From NCBI RefSeq assembly GCF_006345805.1, contig NC_042999.1, positions 165,230,001-165,294,000 of the forward strand: DNA of 64,000 bases, given 5' to 3'. A program made the translations under genes and the position numbers. Shown one piece after another: positions 1 through 10,977 of the stretch (the stretch's first letter is position 1; every line of letters begins with the position of its first letter). Source of the stretch: Octopus sinensis (Eukaryota). Below the pieces are notes generated by a model, which made no database searches, was not told the origin of the DNA, and saw only the letters and a program-made list of their open reading frames with translations.

Positions 1-99
1 GGATCACCAATACTTTATTATCTCCCCTTCCTCCCAGCTCTCCTGTCAAACTACCTTTGTCCAGCCAGCCACCATGATTGACCGCTGTCTCCAACAGAT

Positions 100-260
100 T
101 TTTTATTCTCTCTGTGTTTATTTCCTCATGCTACTTTCTGTTGAAGAGCGTAGGCTCGAAACGTAAAAGATTTTCTAACCTTCCCGAGCGTTAAAATAAT
201 ACACCTGTTTGTTGTTTATACACCTGTCTTCGTCTTTTGTTTCTATAAATTTCAACTATA
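100..260 (+). mobile_element. PLE terminal-repeat (pLTR-like) fragment ending in (TA)n
   Basis: The same sequence recurs at about 420-530 (-), 770-850 (+) and 2960-3110 (-). Every copy abuts a TA microsatellite and carries the HHR-like motif. Confidence 0.6.
134..169 (+). ncRNA. Minimal type I hammerhead-like motif with variant core (CUGUUGA) in a PLE terminal-repeat family
   Basis: CTTT-CTGTTGA-A-GAGC(gtag)GCTC-GAAA-CG-TA-AAAG: helix I CTTT/AAAG, helix II GAGC/GCTC, minimal helix III. The core has A6 replaced by U. Confidence 0.5.
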
Positions 261-332
261 TATATGTATATATATATGCATATATATGTATATATATGTA
301 TATGCATATATTTATATATATATGTATGTATG

Positions 333-406
<74 letters not shown>

Positions 407-598
407 ATATATGTATAGTTCAGATTTATAAAGAAACAAAAACGAAGACAGGTAACAAGTAAGAAAAACGGAAAAGTCTTTTACATTTCGGGCCTACGCT
501 CTTCGAGAGAAGGAATCTTAGGAAATAGAGGGAGAATGGAAGAAATATATTATATATATATATATATATTATATATGTATATATATATATATATATAT

Positions 599-697
<99 letters not shown>

Positions 698-712
698 TAT
701 ATATACATATAC

Positions 713-743
<31 letters not shown>

Positions 744-793
744 TCTCTCTCTCTCTCTCTTTTTATGTTCTATCTGTTTATTTCATCGTGTTC

Positions 794-829
794 CTTTCTG
801 TTGAAGAGTGTAGGCTCGAAACGTAAAAG
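794..829 (+). ncRNA. Second copy of the CUGUUGA minimal HHR-like motif
   Basis: CTTT-CTGTTGA-A-GAGT(gtag)GCTC-GAAACGTA-AAAG; helix II keeps pairing through a U-G wobble. Confidence 0.45.
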
Positions 830-959
830 ACTTTCTCACTTCCCTCTTCATCAGACTACCCTCCTCTCCTCTCTTCATCTCACACCTACTTCCTCTCTTC
901 ACTCCTACCCACCTTCTCCCTTCATCGTTACCCCCTCCAGTCATTATATTATAATATTA

Positions 960-2145
960 TCGAAATTAATAATTTAGTGTAAAATATACCCCTGTCAATA
1001 CTAGTGTAATAAAACATATTTTATGTTAAATGTGAGTTAATAGTCTAGAATAAAGATTAGATAGTAAATGCAACTACTTACGTTAGAAACTTAGTAAATA
1101 AAAGAAACAATGAAGGTAGATTACTTTACGACATGATGTTCCAGACCAAATGGCCGCTCCCACTGTCAGACGCTAAGTATTATGGGAATTGGGTATAATA
1201 TAAAAGAATAAAATAAAATACTCTGAAAAATACTCTAAAAATAATAATATTATAAGAGAGGTAGAAGTGAAGGGAGATAATAGCTAGAACTGGGTCTATA
1301 ATCGTAAAGCTAGCTATAAATGGAGTTTTAAATTGTCGTAGATTTTGAGATTTATGTTACATAAATTGTTACATATTGTTTAATAAATTCTTAGTTCTTA
1401 GTATATACGTATACAATACTACTATAAATACTATTAAATCTTCTAGTAACTGTATTCATCATAAGTGTGTGGAGATGATATACTCGGGTTTTTTTATTTG
1501 ATATATTTTTCATTTTATTATACGTAAAGCTATTCATATGTCAGCATTTTATTCCTCTCTCTTCATTACTGTTTAATAATGACTTTCTCGACTGGAGTAT
1601 TTTCGTAAACTCTTTTAAATGAGTTCGCTCTACAAATAATATACCAATTAAAGTGCATTCTGTTTTATTAGATTTTAATTCCCATGTGTATTTACTTAGA
1701 CCTGTAAATACATAAGTAAATATATATTGGAGTTAAAATCTAATAAAATAGAATACACCCTTAATTGGTACATTATTTGTAGAGCGAACTCATATAAAAT
1801 AGGTAAAAAAACATTCTTATTTTGTACAACAGAAAATTTATAAAAATATTGCAGTCGAGAGAGTTATTATTAAACAGTAATGAAGAGAGAGGAATAAAAT
1901 GCGAACATAGGAACAGCTTTAAGTATAATAAAATGAAAACTATATAAAATAAAAATACAGCATATCATCTCCACACATTTATGGAGAATATAGTTACTAG
2001 AAGTTTTAATAGTATTTATAGTAGTATTATATACGTATATACTAAGAACTAAGAATTTATTAAACAATTAAACACACATTTGACATAAAATATGTTTTAT
2101 TATGCTAGTATTGACAGGGATATATGTTATACTAAATTATTAATT
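960..2145. mobile_element. Foldback of two head-to-head degenerate PLE 3' ends (GIY-YIG C-terminus + 3'UTR)
   Basis: 1372-1680 is the imperfect reverse complement of about 1740-2070, and 963-1040 of about 2065-2145. The right arm translates (with a frameshift) to IEYTLNWYIICRANSYKIG...ELLLNSNEERGIKCEHRNSFK, matching the end of the 11656 ORF (NIEFNQKWDIVRRVQPYRNS...NLLNNRLELGLSCRH). Confidence 0.7.
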
Positions 2146-2481
2146 TCTATAATATTTATTTAGATATCAAATCTCATAATTTGAGATTTGATATGTTTCT
2201 AATTTAATTGTTAATAATTTCTTTAGGTAGAGAATTTTCAATATATATCTTAATTGTACTTTAGGTATTTAATATTTTAAAATATATTTGTAATAATATA
2301 CATAGTCTGTGGCCGCACTGGTGGATTTATATATCAAGTATAGCCTTAATGCACACCCCACCAGCGCAGACACACGTGTAGCGATTACTTGTACTACCTT
2401 CTTTCACCACAGATTAATAACATGTAAAACATATCTAATTAACTAATTCTATTTTATGTTATTTTAATTATTTGATTTGAT

Positions 2482-2660
2482 TTAATTTTCTCTACGTATA
2501 CTATACCATGGGTTATCTTGAAATAGGAGCTGCTTATCTATTGGTAAATATCCCAAATTTGTAGTAATAATATTATAAAATATACTTTTTACGTTTCTTA
2601 CAACTGTAAAAAGTAATGTTCCTGATAACCTGGAATTCCCTAATTTATTATAAATATTCA
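2482..2660 (-). pseudogene. Degenerate PLE reverse transcriptase fragment (motif A region)
   Basis: GTLLFTVVRNVKSIFYNI resembles the PLE RT motif (T)DVxSLYTNI with the catalytic D lost; short and truncated by (TA)n. Confidence 0.35.
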
Positions 2661-2684
2661 TAAATATACGTGTGTATGTATATA

Positions 2685-2716
<32 letters not shown>

Positions 2717-2827
2717 GCATTATATATTATATATATATATATTATATATATATATATATAATATATATATATATATACGTATATATATATATATATATAC
2801 ATGTATATATTAATGTTAGAGTTAGGG

Positions 2828-2878
<51 letters not shown>

Positions 2879-3339
2879 TACACGTTTATGTATATATGGT
2901 ACCCATGCTGTGTACCATATACTCAATATATGTATGTATATATATCTCGGGAGAGTTTACGAAAAAAACAATAAAAGACGAAGACAGGTGGTGTACAGAG
3001 CAAACAGATGTATTAGTATAACGCTCATGAATAGAAAAGGTCTTTTATGTTTCAAGCCTACGCTCTTCTACAGAAAGGGACATATAAAACAAGGAGATAA
3101 AAAAATGTGTGTAGTGGCTACCGATATATCATGGCGACTGACTCGGACAGAAAGGTCACACAGGAGAAGGAAAGTAGGGGAGATAACAAAGTGAAGAGGA
3201 CCCCCAACATGAAGGTGCGTGTGTGTATAAGAGAGTATGTGCGTGTGAAAGAGGGCTGGTGGTCTGGACGTGTGCGTGTATGTATGTGTAGGTGTGAAGA
3301 TGTGGGGATGGGAATTGGTCAGTGGTGGTGTGTGGGTGG

Positions 3340-3905
3340 TGTGTTGTGAAGTGATGTGTAATGTTGTATGGTGTAGTGTGGTGTGATGTTGTTGGGAGGT
3401 GGCGGAGGTGAGAGTGGGGAAAGCACGGGTGGGGTGTGGGTTCGGATGAGGGTTGGGGTAGAGTTGGGGTTTGTGGGTAGGCAGAGTGTGGGGGTAGAGG
3501 ATGGGGGGATGGGATGGGAGATGGGATGGGGGATGGGAAGGATAGGGAAGGTGGAGTAGGGATGTTTAGGGGTGGGTGGGCTTATGGGGGGAGTGGAAGG
3601 TGGGTGAGTGAGGAGAGAGAGGCGGAGAGAAGAGAGAAAGAGAGTAAGAGAGAAGAGAGAAAGAGAATAAGAGAGGAGAGAGAAATAGAATAAGAGAGGA
3701 GAGAGAAAGAGGGAAGAGGGAAAGAGTAAGAGAGAAGAGGAAAAGAGAGAAGGGGTGAAGAGAAGTAGCAGTGATGAGAAGTAGGAGTCGGGGCAAGAGA
3801 GGAGAGTTGGGTGGGAAGAAGGAGGAGGGAGGGGGAGAAAGGAGAGAAGGAGAGTGATGGAGCAGAGAGAAAGAGAGTAAGACAGAAGAGGGAAAGAGAG
3901 TAGGG
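3340..3905 (+). repeat. G-rich then (GA)-rich purine tract
   Basis: Many GGG runs at about 3400-3600, followed by an almost pure purine stretch. Confidence 0.8.
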
Positions 3906-4035
3906 GTGATATATATATATGAGTATATGGTACCCAGCATGGCCGCAGTCTAATGACTGAAACAAGTAAGAAAATATATATGTATTCATCTACACGAATT
4001 ATGTGATCTTAATGGAAATCAATACTGTCACTTCA

Positions 4036-4117
<82 letters not shown>

Positions 4118-4704
4118 GCTTTCTTTTTCTGCCTTCGCTTTCTTTCTCTCTCTTTCTCTCTTACTCGAAGTGTAGGTGTGCTAATACTGGTTATATATAA
4201 TGGAAATTATAAGAGAACGAACGCAATCCGTTATGGCCTCGATAGCAATCACTCGGCATTTACTCGAAAGAAGCAATTATTTACCAATATTAGCTTAAAT
4301 ATCACAAACAGGATTATTTCAATGGGAAATTATACAAAGACCTTTCTTTACTCGTTGGTGAATAGAGTAAGCTGTGAAACAACAATGAATGTCCATTGCA
4401 GCTTTTTTTTTATTATTTTCTTTGCAATATCCGTTGGCTAAAATGACTGACTCTTAAAGAGAATGGAGAACAGTGCGATATCGATAATTTATAATGAACG
4501 ATTTAAAGAAATCAAACATTTTATGGGCTTGTACACGTGTATATATATATATATATATAAAGCAATAAAGATTCAAGTTAATTTAAATGAATTTACTTGA
4601 ATAAGGTACCTAACTTAGATGCACCAAAAAGAACTATACTGTTTTAACAATACAGTAATGTGGGGTGATTATAAGCGAGAAAGAAGCAACAAGAATGGAT
4701 AGGT

Positions 4705-4794
4705 TTTTAGTACAATCGTTTCATACAAGGACAGGCTTTATTAAAAGTTGTAAAAATACAGCATATAAACGTGTCCCGTACTCATCAGCTAAAA
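4705..4794 (-). ncRNA. Type I hammerhead ribozyme (left palindrome arm)
   Basis: Reverse complement of the 5177-5266 motif, with all core nucleotides present. Confidence 0.8.
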
Positions 4795-5176
4795 TACATG
4801 TGAGTTCTCTAGACATCCTAGTGGTTGAGGCTATACTCATGAAGTAATGTAGATAATTAAGTAACATAAACAGATTTCCAAAGTTCATTAAAGTTCTTTA
4901 AAGATGATGTACAGTCTTATCACAGAATTTTAAAAAAGTTCTAATAGCGTCACAGAGAAGGTGACCTAATCCATAGAGCACATATGAATTTCCAGAGATA
5001 TGGATTAGGTCACCTTCTCTGTGACGCTATTAGAACTTTTTAAAATTCTGTGATAACTGTACATCATCTTTAAAGAACTTTAATGAACTTTGGAAATCTG
5101 TTTATGTTACTTAATTATCTACATTACTTCATGAGTATAGCCTCAACCACTAGGATGTCTAGAGAACTCACATGTA

Positions 5177-5266
5177 TTTTAGCTGATGAGTACGGGACAC
5201 GTTTATATGCTGTAATTTTTACACTTTTAATAAAGCCTGTCCTTGTATGAAACGATTGTACTAAAA
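5177..5266 (+). ncRNA. Type I hammerhead ribozyme, predicted GUA cleavage after 5260
   Basis: TTTTAG-CTGATGA-GTAC GGGAC...GTCCT T GTAT-GAAA-CGATTG-TA-CTAAAA: 6-bp helix I, canonical core, long helix II, near-palindromic helix III. Confidence 0.85.
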
Positions 5267-5296
5267 ACCTATCCATTCTTGTTGCTTCTTTCTCGC

Positions 5297-5347
<51 letters not shown>

Positions 5348-5355
5348 ACTAGATA

Positions 5356-5750
5356 TCTCTCTCTATATAAACGGCAGTTTGTCTCTGTGTGTTTCTGTGT
5401 GTCTGTTTTCTCGTACCCTCACCCTGACCACGGCTTTCAACCGATTCTGATGAAACTTGACACACACATAGACCAATGTCATAATTCAAAACTAACACAG
5501 CGAAAATTTTGAAAAGTTCCCCCAGTTCTGAAAAAAATCGATAAATTCGACATGGGGTCGAGAATCAGAAACCCAAACCACAGACCGTCTAGGGGACGCA
5601 ACTCCACCTCCACCTTTTTTAACTCTCAAAAAAAATTTACCATCATTTTTTTTCCATTTTTTGCTATTTTTTGGCTATAACTCTCTAAAATGCTTTATAG
5701 TTATTTCCCTTCCCTTACAAACCTGAGCAACGCCGGGCGATACTGCTAGT
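5356..5750 (+). mobile_element. Non-autonomous Helitron/Helentron-like element
   Basis: Starts TC(TC)nTATATAAA, has an internal GT microsatellite, and ends GAGCAACGCCGGGCGATACTG-CTAGT (GC-rich subterminal motif + CTAG). The same end motif occurs inverted at about 41977-42005. Confidence 0.6.
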
Positions 5751-5826
5751 AATGTATATATGTGCGTGTATATTTATTATATAAAAGCACACGCACTCTC
5801 ATATATATATAATTATATATATATAA

Positions 5827-5917
<91 letters not shown>

Positions 5918-6202
5918 TACATATATACATACATACATGCATACATAAATATATACATATATACACTAATACAAATACATGTACATGTAGATACAAATAT
6001 ATGCACAATTACATATATATATATACATTTATTCACATACATATATAAACATATTTACAGAAATACATATATATATGTATTTTTGAGTTTGCATTTTTGA
6101 GTTTGTTGGCACTGTTAGTTTCGAGCAGATCTTCAGAAGCGATAAGAAGCCGAAAGGGTATGCTCCCACTTTCAGTGTTTTCAAATCCAAACCAGGGAGT
6201 TC

Positions 6203-6255
6203 TGAGCTGATGATAGAAATGTCGAGTTTGACTAATCTTGAAACGTACGTTCTCA
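6203..6255 (+). ncRNA. Type I HHR, array 1 copy 1 (GUU site after 6251)
   Basis: TGAG-CTGATGA-t AGA aat GTC gagttt GAC taa TCT t-GAAA-CGTACG-TT-CTCA; helix II is weak with a U-U closing pair. Confidence 0.6.
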
Positions 6256-6744
6256 AATAACCTTTGCATTTGATTTTTTATGTCTCTACCCCCATACTTC
6301 CGTGAGTTGAATTGAGCAAACACTATATGAGAGAGGTTTTCTTTAAGTATTAGAAATAGTTTTAAAAAAGTTTTTTTAGCTGCTATTTCTAATGAGTTCA
6401 GTATGCGGCAAAGTAATTTATTTTACTAAGCCCTTTTATATAATGTAATAATTTGAATTCGCCTTAAATGGTCCCTTTGCATACTGAATACTTGGTGAAA
6501 TTGATTAATTAATTAAATTTACCCTCAATTGTTGAAATTATAATGCATCTCTCTCTATATAATGCCTCGGATTTTACCGAAAAAAGCACAGTGTTTACTG
6601 ATTTTAACCCACGCTGGTGGAAAGGGGAGAGCAGAAATTCTTCGCTTGCATTTTTGAGTTTGTTGGCACTGTTAGTTTCGAGCAGATCTTCAGAAGCGAT
6701 AAGAAGCCGAAAGGGTATGCTCCCACTTTCAGTGTTTTCAAATC

Positions 6745-6797
6745 TGAGCTGATGATAGAAATGTCGAGTTTGACTAATCTTGAAACGTACGTTCTCA
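6745..6797 (+). ncRNA. Type I HHR, array 1 copy 2
   Basis: Same motif, 542 nt after copy 1. Confidence 0.6.
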
Positions 6798-7285
6798 AAT
6801 AACCTTTGCATTTGATTTTTTAATGTCTCTACCCCCATACTTCCGTGAGTTGAATTGAGCAAACACTATATGAGAGAGGTTTTCTTTAAGTATTAGAAAT
6901 AGTTTTAAAAAAGTTTTTTTAGCTGCTATTTCTAATGAGTTCAGTATGCGGCAAAGTAATTTATTTTACTAAGCCCTTTTATATAATGTAAAATTTGAAT
7001 TCGCCTTAAATGGTCCCTTGCATACTGAATACTTGGTGAAATTGATTAATTAATTAATTTTACCCTCAATTGTTGAAATTATAATGCATCTCTCTCTATA
7101 TAATGCCTCGGATTTTACCGAAAAAACACAAGTGTTTACTGATTTTAACCCACGCTGGTGGAAAGGGGAGAGCAGAAATTCTTCGCTTGCATTTTTGAGT
7201 TTGTTGGCACTGTTAGTTTCGAGCAGATCTTCAGAAGCGATAAGAAGCCGAAAGGGTATGCTCCCACTTTCAGTGTTTTCAAATC

Positions 7286-7338
7286 TGAGCTGATGATAGA
7301 AATGTCGAGTTTGACTAATCTTGAAACGTACGTTCTCA
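7286..7338 (+). ncRNA. Type I HHR, array 1 copy 3
   Basis: Same motif, 541 nt after copy 2. Confidence 0.6.
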
Positions 7339-7837
7339 AATAACCTTTGCATTTGATTTTTTATGTCTCTACCCCCATACTTCCGTGAGTTGAATTGAGC
7401 AAACACTATATGAGAGAGGTTTTCTTTAAGTATAGAAATAGTTTTAAAAAAGTTTTTTTAGCTGCTATTTCTAATGAGTTCAGTATGCGGCAAAGTAATT
7501 TATTTTACTAAGCCCTTTTATATAATGTAATAATTTGAATTCGCCTTAAATGGTCCCTTTGCATACGGATACTTGGTGAATTGATTAATTAATTAAATTT
7601 ACCCTCAATTGTTGAAATTATAATGCATCTCTCTCTATATAATGCCTCGGATTTTACCGAAAAAAGCACAGTGTTTACTGATTTTAACCCACGCTGGTGG
7701 AAAGGGGAGCCAGAAATTCTTCGCTTGCATTTTTGAGTTTGTTGGCACCTGTTAGTTTCGAGCAGATCTTCAAAGCGATAGAAGCCGAAAGGGTATGCTC
7801 CCACTTTCAGTGTTTTCAAATCCAAACCAGGGAGTTC

Positions 7838-7890
7838 TGAGCTGATGATAGAATTGTCGAGTTTGACTAATCTTGAAACGTACGTTCTCA
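7838..7890 (+). ncRNA. Type I HHR, array 1 copy 4
   Basis: Same motif, 552 nt after copy 3; an A>T change adds one pair in helix II. Confidence 0.6.
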
Positions 7891-8168
7891 AATAACCTTT
7901 GCATTTGATTTTTTAATGTCTCTACCCCCATACTTCCGTGAGTTGAATTGAGCAAACACTATATGAGAGAGGTTTTCTTTAAGTATTAGAAATAGTTTTA
8001 AAAAAGTTTTTTTAGCTGCTATTTCTAATGAGTTCAGTATGCGGCAAAGTAATTTATTTTACTAAGCCCTTTTATATAATGTAATAATTTGAATTCGCCT
8101 TAAATGGTCCCTTTGCATACTGAATACTTGTGAAATTGATTAATTAATTAATTTACCCTCAATTGTTG

Positions 8169-8206
<38 letters not shown>

Positions 8207-8553
8207 TATACATATATATATAGTATTACTATATATATATAGTATTACTTAAATTTTCCTCAAATGAGGCTTTTACATGCCGAAGACTACTTGGTGTAAT
8301 TGATAATTATTCTAATTAATTAATTTCACCCTTCATTATTACGGATAACCATATTTTATCTCAGTAGATGACTACAGCATCTTGTTTTGGCTACACGCGG
8401 GTGGGAAGGGGCTGTTGACACAATCGTTTCATTCATTCACAAATTTGAATTCGGTGATACTAGTTGAGGATTCTAGCTCGCTCTGATACTGAGTTGAGTT
8501 GGTACCTCCTAGTATCTCAAAATTCAATATATAATCATTTATGATTATAGTAT

Positions 8554-8660
8554 TCCACGCTGAAGAGAAAGAAGTTTTCGGTAAGATAGAATTATTTAAT
8601 ATTTAATATTTTAATTCTTATGCTTTCCTAAAACTTGATTTCGAAACGTACGTCCGTGGA
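8554..8660 (+). ncRNA. Canonical type I HHR, GUC cleavage after 8654
   Basis: TCCACG-CTGAAGA-GAAA(long hairpin: AAGTTTT/AAAACTT, AGAATT/AATTCT)TTTC-GAAA-CGTACG-TC-CGTGGA: perfect 6-bp helix I, G-C closed helix II, palindromic helix III. Confidence 0.9.
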
Positions 8661-9147
8661 TAACTTTAAAAATGTTTGATAGATTGCGGTTAAGTCATTC
8701 TCTCTTACCTGTTTGTGTCAGCCTTCCAATTGCTGTTTTTACTGAGATCTCCCTTTTTAGTAGAAGATAGCTATAACCCTTTGACTGCTATTTCTAAATT
8801 CGGTATGTGGTAAGGCAATTCGTTGCTGAACCCTTATTGCTTAGTATTACTTAAATTTTCCTCAAATGAGGCTTTTACATGCCGAAGACTACTTGGTGTA
8901 ATTGATAATTATTCTAAATTAATTAATTTCACCCTTCATATTACGGATAACCATATTTTATCTCAGTAGATGACTACAGCATCTTGTTTTGGCTACACGC
9001 GGGTGGGAAGGGCTGTTGACACAATCGTTCATTCACAAATTTGAATTCGGTGATACTAGTTGAGGATTCTAGCTCGCTCTGATACTGATTGAGTTGGTAC
9101 CTCCTAGTATCTCAAAATTCAATATATAATCATTATGATTATAGTAT

Positions 9148-9254
9148 TCCACGCTGAAGAGAAAGAAGTTTTCGGTAAGATAGAATTATTTAATATTTAA
9201 TATTTTAATTCTTATGCTTTCCTAAAACTTGATTTCGAAACGTACGTCCGTGGA
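9148..9254 (+). ncRNA. Canonical type I HHR, GUC cleavage after 9248
   Basis: Identical to 8554-8660; the two cleavage sites are 594 nt apart. Confidence 0.9.
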
Positions 9255-9443
9255 TAACTTTAAAAATGTTTGATAGATTGCGGTTAAGTCATTCTCTCTT
9301 ACCTGTTTGTGTCAGCCTTCCAATTGCTGTTTTTACTGAGATCTCCCTTTTTAGTAGAAGAAATAGCTATAACCCTTTGACTGCTATTTCTAAATTCGGT
9401 ATGTGTAAGGCAATTCGTTGCTGAACCCTTATTGCTTAGTATA

Positions 9444-9493
<50 letters not shown>

Positions 9494-9719
9494 ACGATGG
9501 GCTTCTTACAGTTTCTGTCTACCAATCCGCTACGTATATGTATAATATATATATATATATATATAGATAGATAGATAAATAGATAGATAGATAGATACGT
9601 ATATATATGTATATATATATATATATCCATATGTATATGTGTGTGTGTGTGTGTGTGTGGTATGTGTGTGTGTGTGTGTGTGTATGTGTGTGTGTATCCA
9701 TACATACATACACGGAAAC

Positions 9720-10030
9720 AATCAACGACTAATGATACAATGGATAAATAACAAAATAGCAATCTTACAGAAATTTATACAAAAAGAGTTTGATTGTAGT
9801 AGAACCAATATCTTTGATAATTCTGTCTCTTGGTTACTCTATTAATATAAGTGAATGGCAACAACCATACGTCACTAGAATTAACTCCGAATGCAACAAT
9901 AAGACCGGTGTAATTTTCTTCAATAACTAAATTTCGATTGATCAGAGGGACAGAAGGAAGGACAGCTGAATGATAAATGAAAATGAACATTTGTTGAGAA
10001 AATATAGTATATAGTAATATTATTATCATG
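9720..10030 (-). pseudogene. Possible highly degenerate PLE GIY-YIG fragment
   Basis: EENYTGL and, in another frame, QETELSK resemble the YIG and ETELSK motifs. Confidence 0.3.
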
Positions 10031-10220
10031 TTTCAGTTGTTTCAGTCTTTAGGCTGCGGCCATGCTGGAGCACCACCTTGAAAAACTTACGGACTTTGTC
10101 CTTCCAGTTACTCATCCATCCACATGTACAGACCAAATATATTCAACGTATATTTAAAATCACACAAGAACGAACAACGGCATGTAGTCCATGGTTAACT
10201 GAAGGCTCAGGAACCAGCGT

Positions 10221-10292
10221 AGGTTGGGAAGGTTCTGAGTGTGGCGTAGTATTAATAACACAAATTGACCTCAACGTATTTGGGTTATTATT

Positions 10293-10384
<92 letters not shown>

Positions 10385-10511
10385 CAGACAGATAGATAGA
10401 TATGTTTCTTTATTAGCCACACAGGGCTGCACACAGATTAGGTTGGGAAGGTTCTGAGTGTGGCGTAGTATTAATAACACAAATTGACCTCAACGTATTT
10501 GGGTTATTATT

Positions 10512-10567
<56 letters not shown>

Positions 10568-10580
10568 CAGATAGATAGAT
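10221..10580. repeat. Direct duplication of a ~72-bp unit, each copy followed by (GATA)n
   Basis: AGGTTGGGAAGG...GGGTTATTATTT at 10221 and 10440, separated by a LINE-like 3' end on the minus strand (GGCTAATAAAGAAACATA + (TCTA)n). Confidence 0.8.
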
Positions 10581-10834
10581 CGATAGATTGATTGGGAGGG
10601 TCATAATACCAACAGTAATAATAATTTGAAGCAGGCCTGGAGAAAAGGGGGACACGTAATTGAAGTTGCGAATGGCGATGAAACGACTTTGACAAACTGA
10701 TTAATTATTTAACCAACTGTTTAAGCAAACGCTCAATTGGTAGATTGGCTGATTATTTGCTTAAATAACTAACCAATTATGCATACACACACACAAACAC
10801 GTATGTATACATATGTATATGTATGTCTACAATA

Positions 10835-10905
<71 letters not shown>

Positions 10906-10977
10906 ACGTATATATATATGTCTGTGTATATATATATATATATATATGTCAAAATAAGCAACAAGAATGACTCCGGT

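Larger units (their letters stand above)
4545..5296. mobile_element. Near-perfect inverted repeat of an HHR-bearing PLE-type terminal repeat (arms 4675-4975 and 4999-5296, 23-nt spacer)
   Basis: The arms are reverse complements with only a few small indels or mismatches. Both ends run into (TA)n. Confidence 0.9.
6079..8174 (+). repeat. Tandem array of about 3.8 units of ~541 bp, one HHR per unit (retrozyme/pLTR-type satellite, subfamily 1)
   Basis: Unit starts (GCATTTTTGAG) at 6091, 6648, 7189 and 7727. Copies are nearly identical; copies 1 and 4 carry a 15-nt insertion. The array is flanked by TA microsatellites. Confidence 0.95.
8241..9441 (+). repeat. Tandem dimer of ~600-bp units, one HHR per unit (subfamily 2)
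   Basis: Units start (AGTATTACTTAAATTTTCC) at 8241 and 8843 and are nearly identical. Flanked by (TA)n on both sides; shares ordered motifs with array 1. Confidence 0.95.

Noticed and set aside
2164-2194. 13-bp hairpin ATATCAAATCTCA/TGAGATTTGATAT
   Set aside because: Short and AT-rich, with no context suggesting function; not a bacterial-type terminator in this genome.
6029-7955. Repeated 60-118-aa ORFs in array 1 (e.g. MFAQFNSRKY...)
   Set aside because: No recognisable motif, and the frames are broken differently between copies; the repetition only reflects the tandem units.
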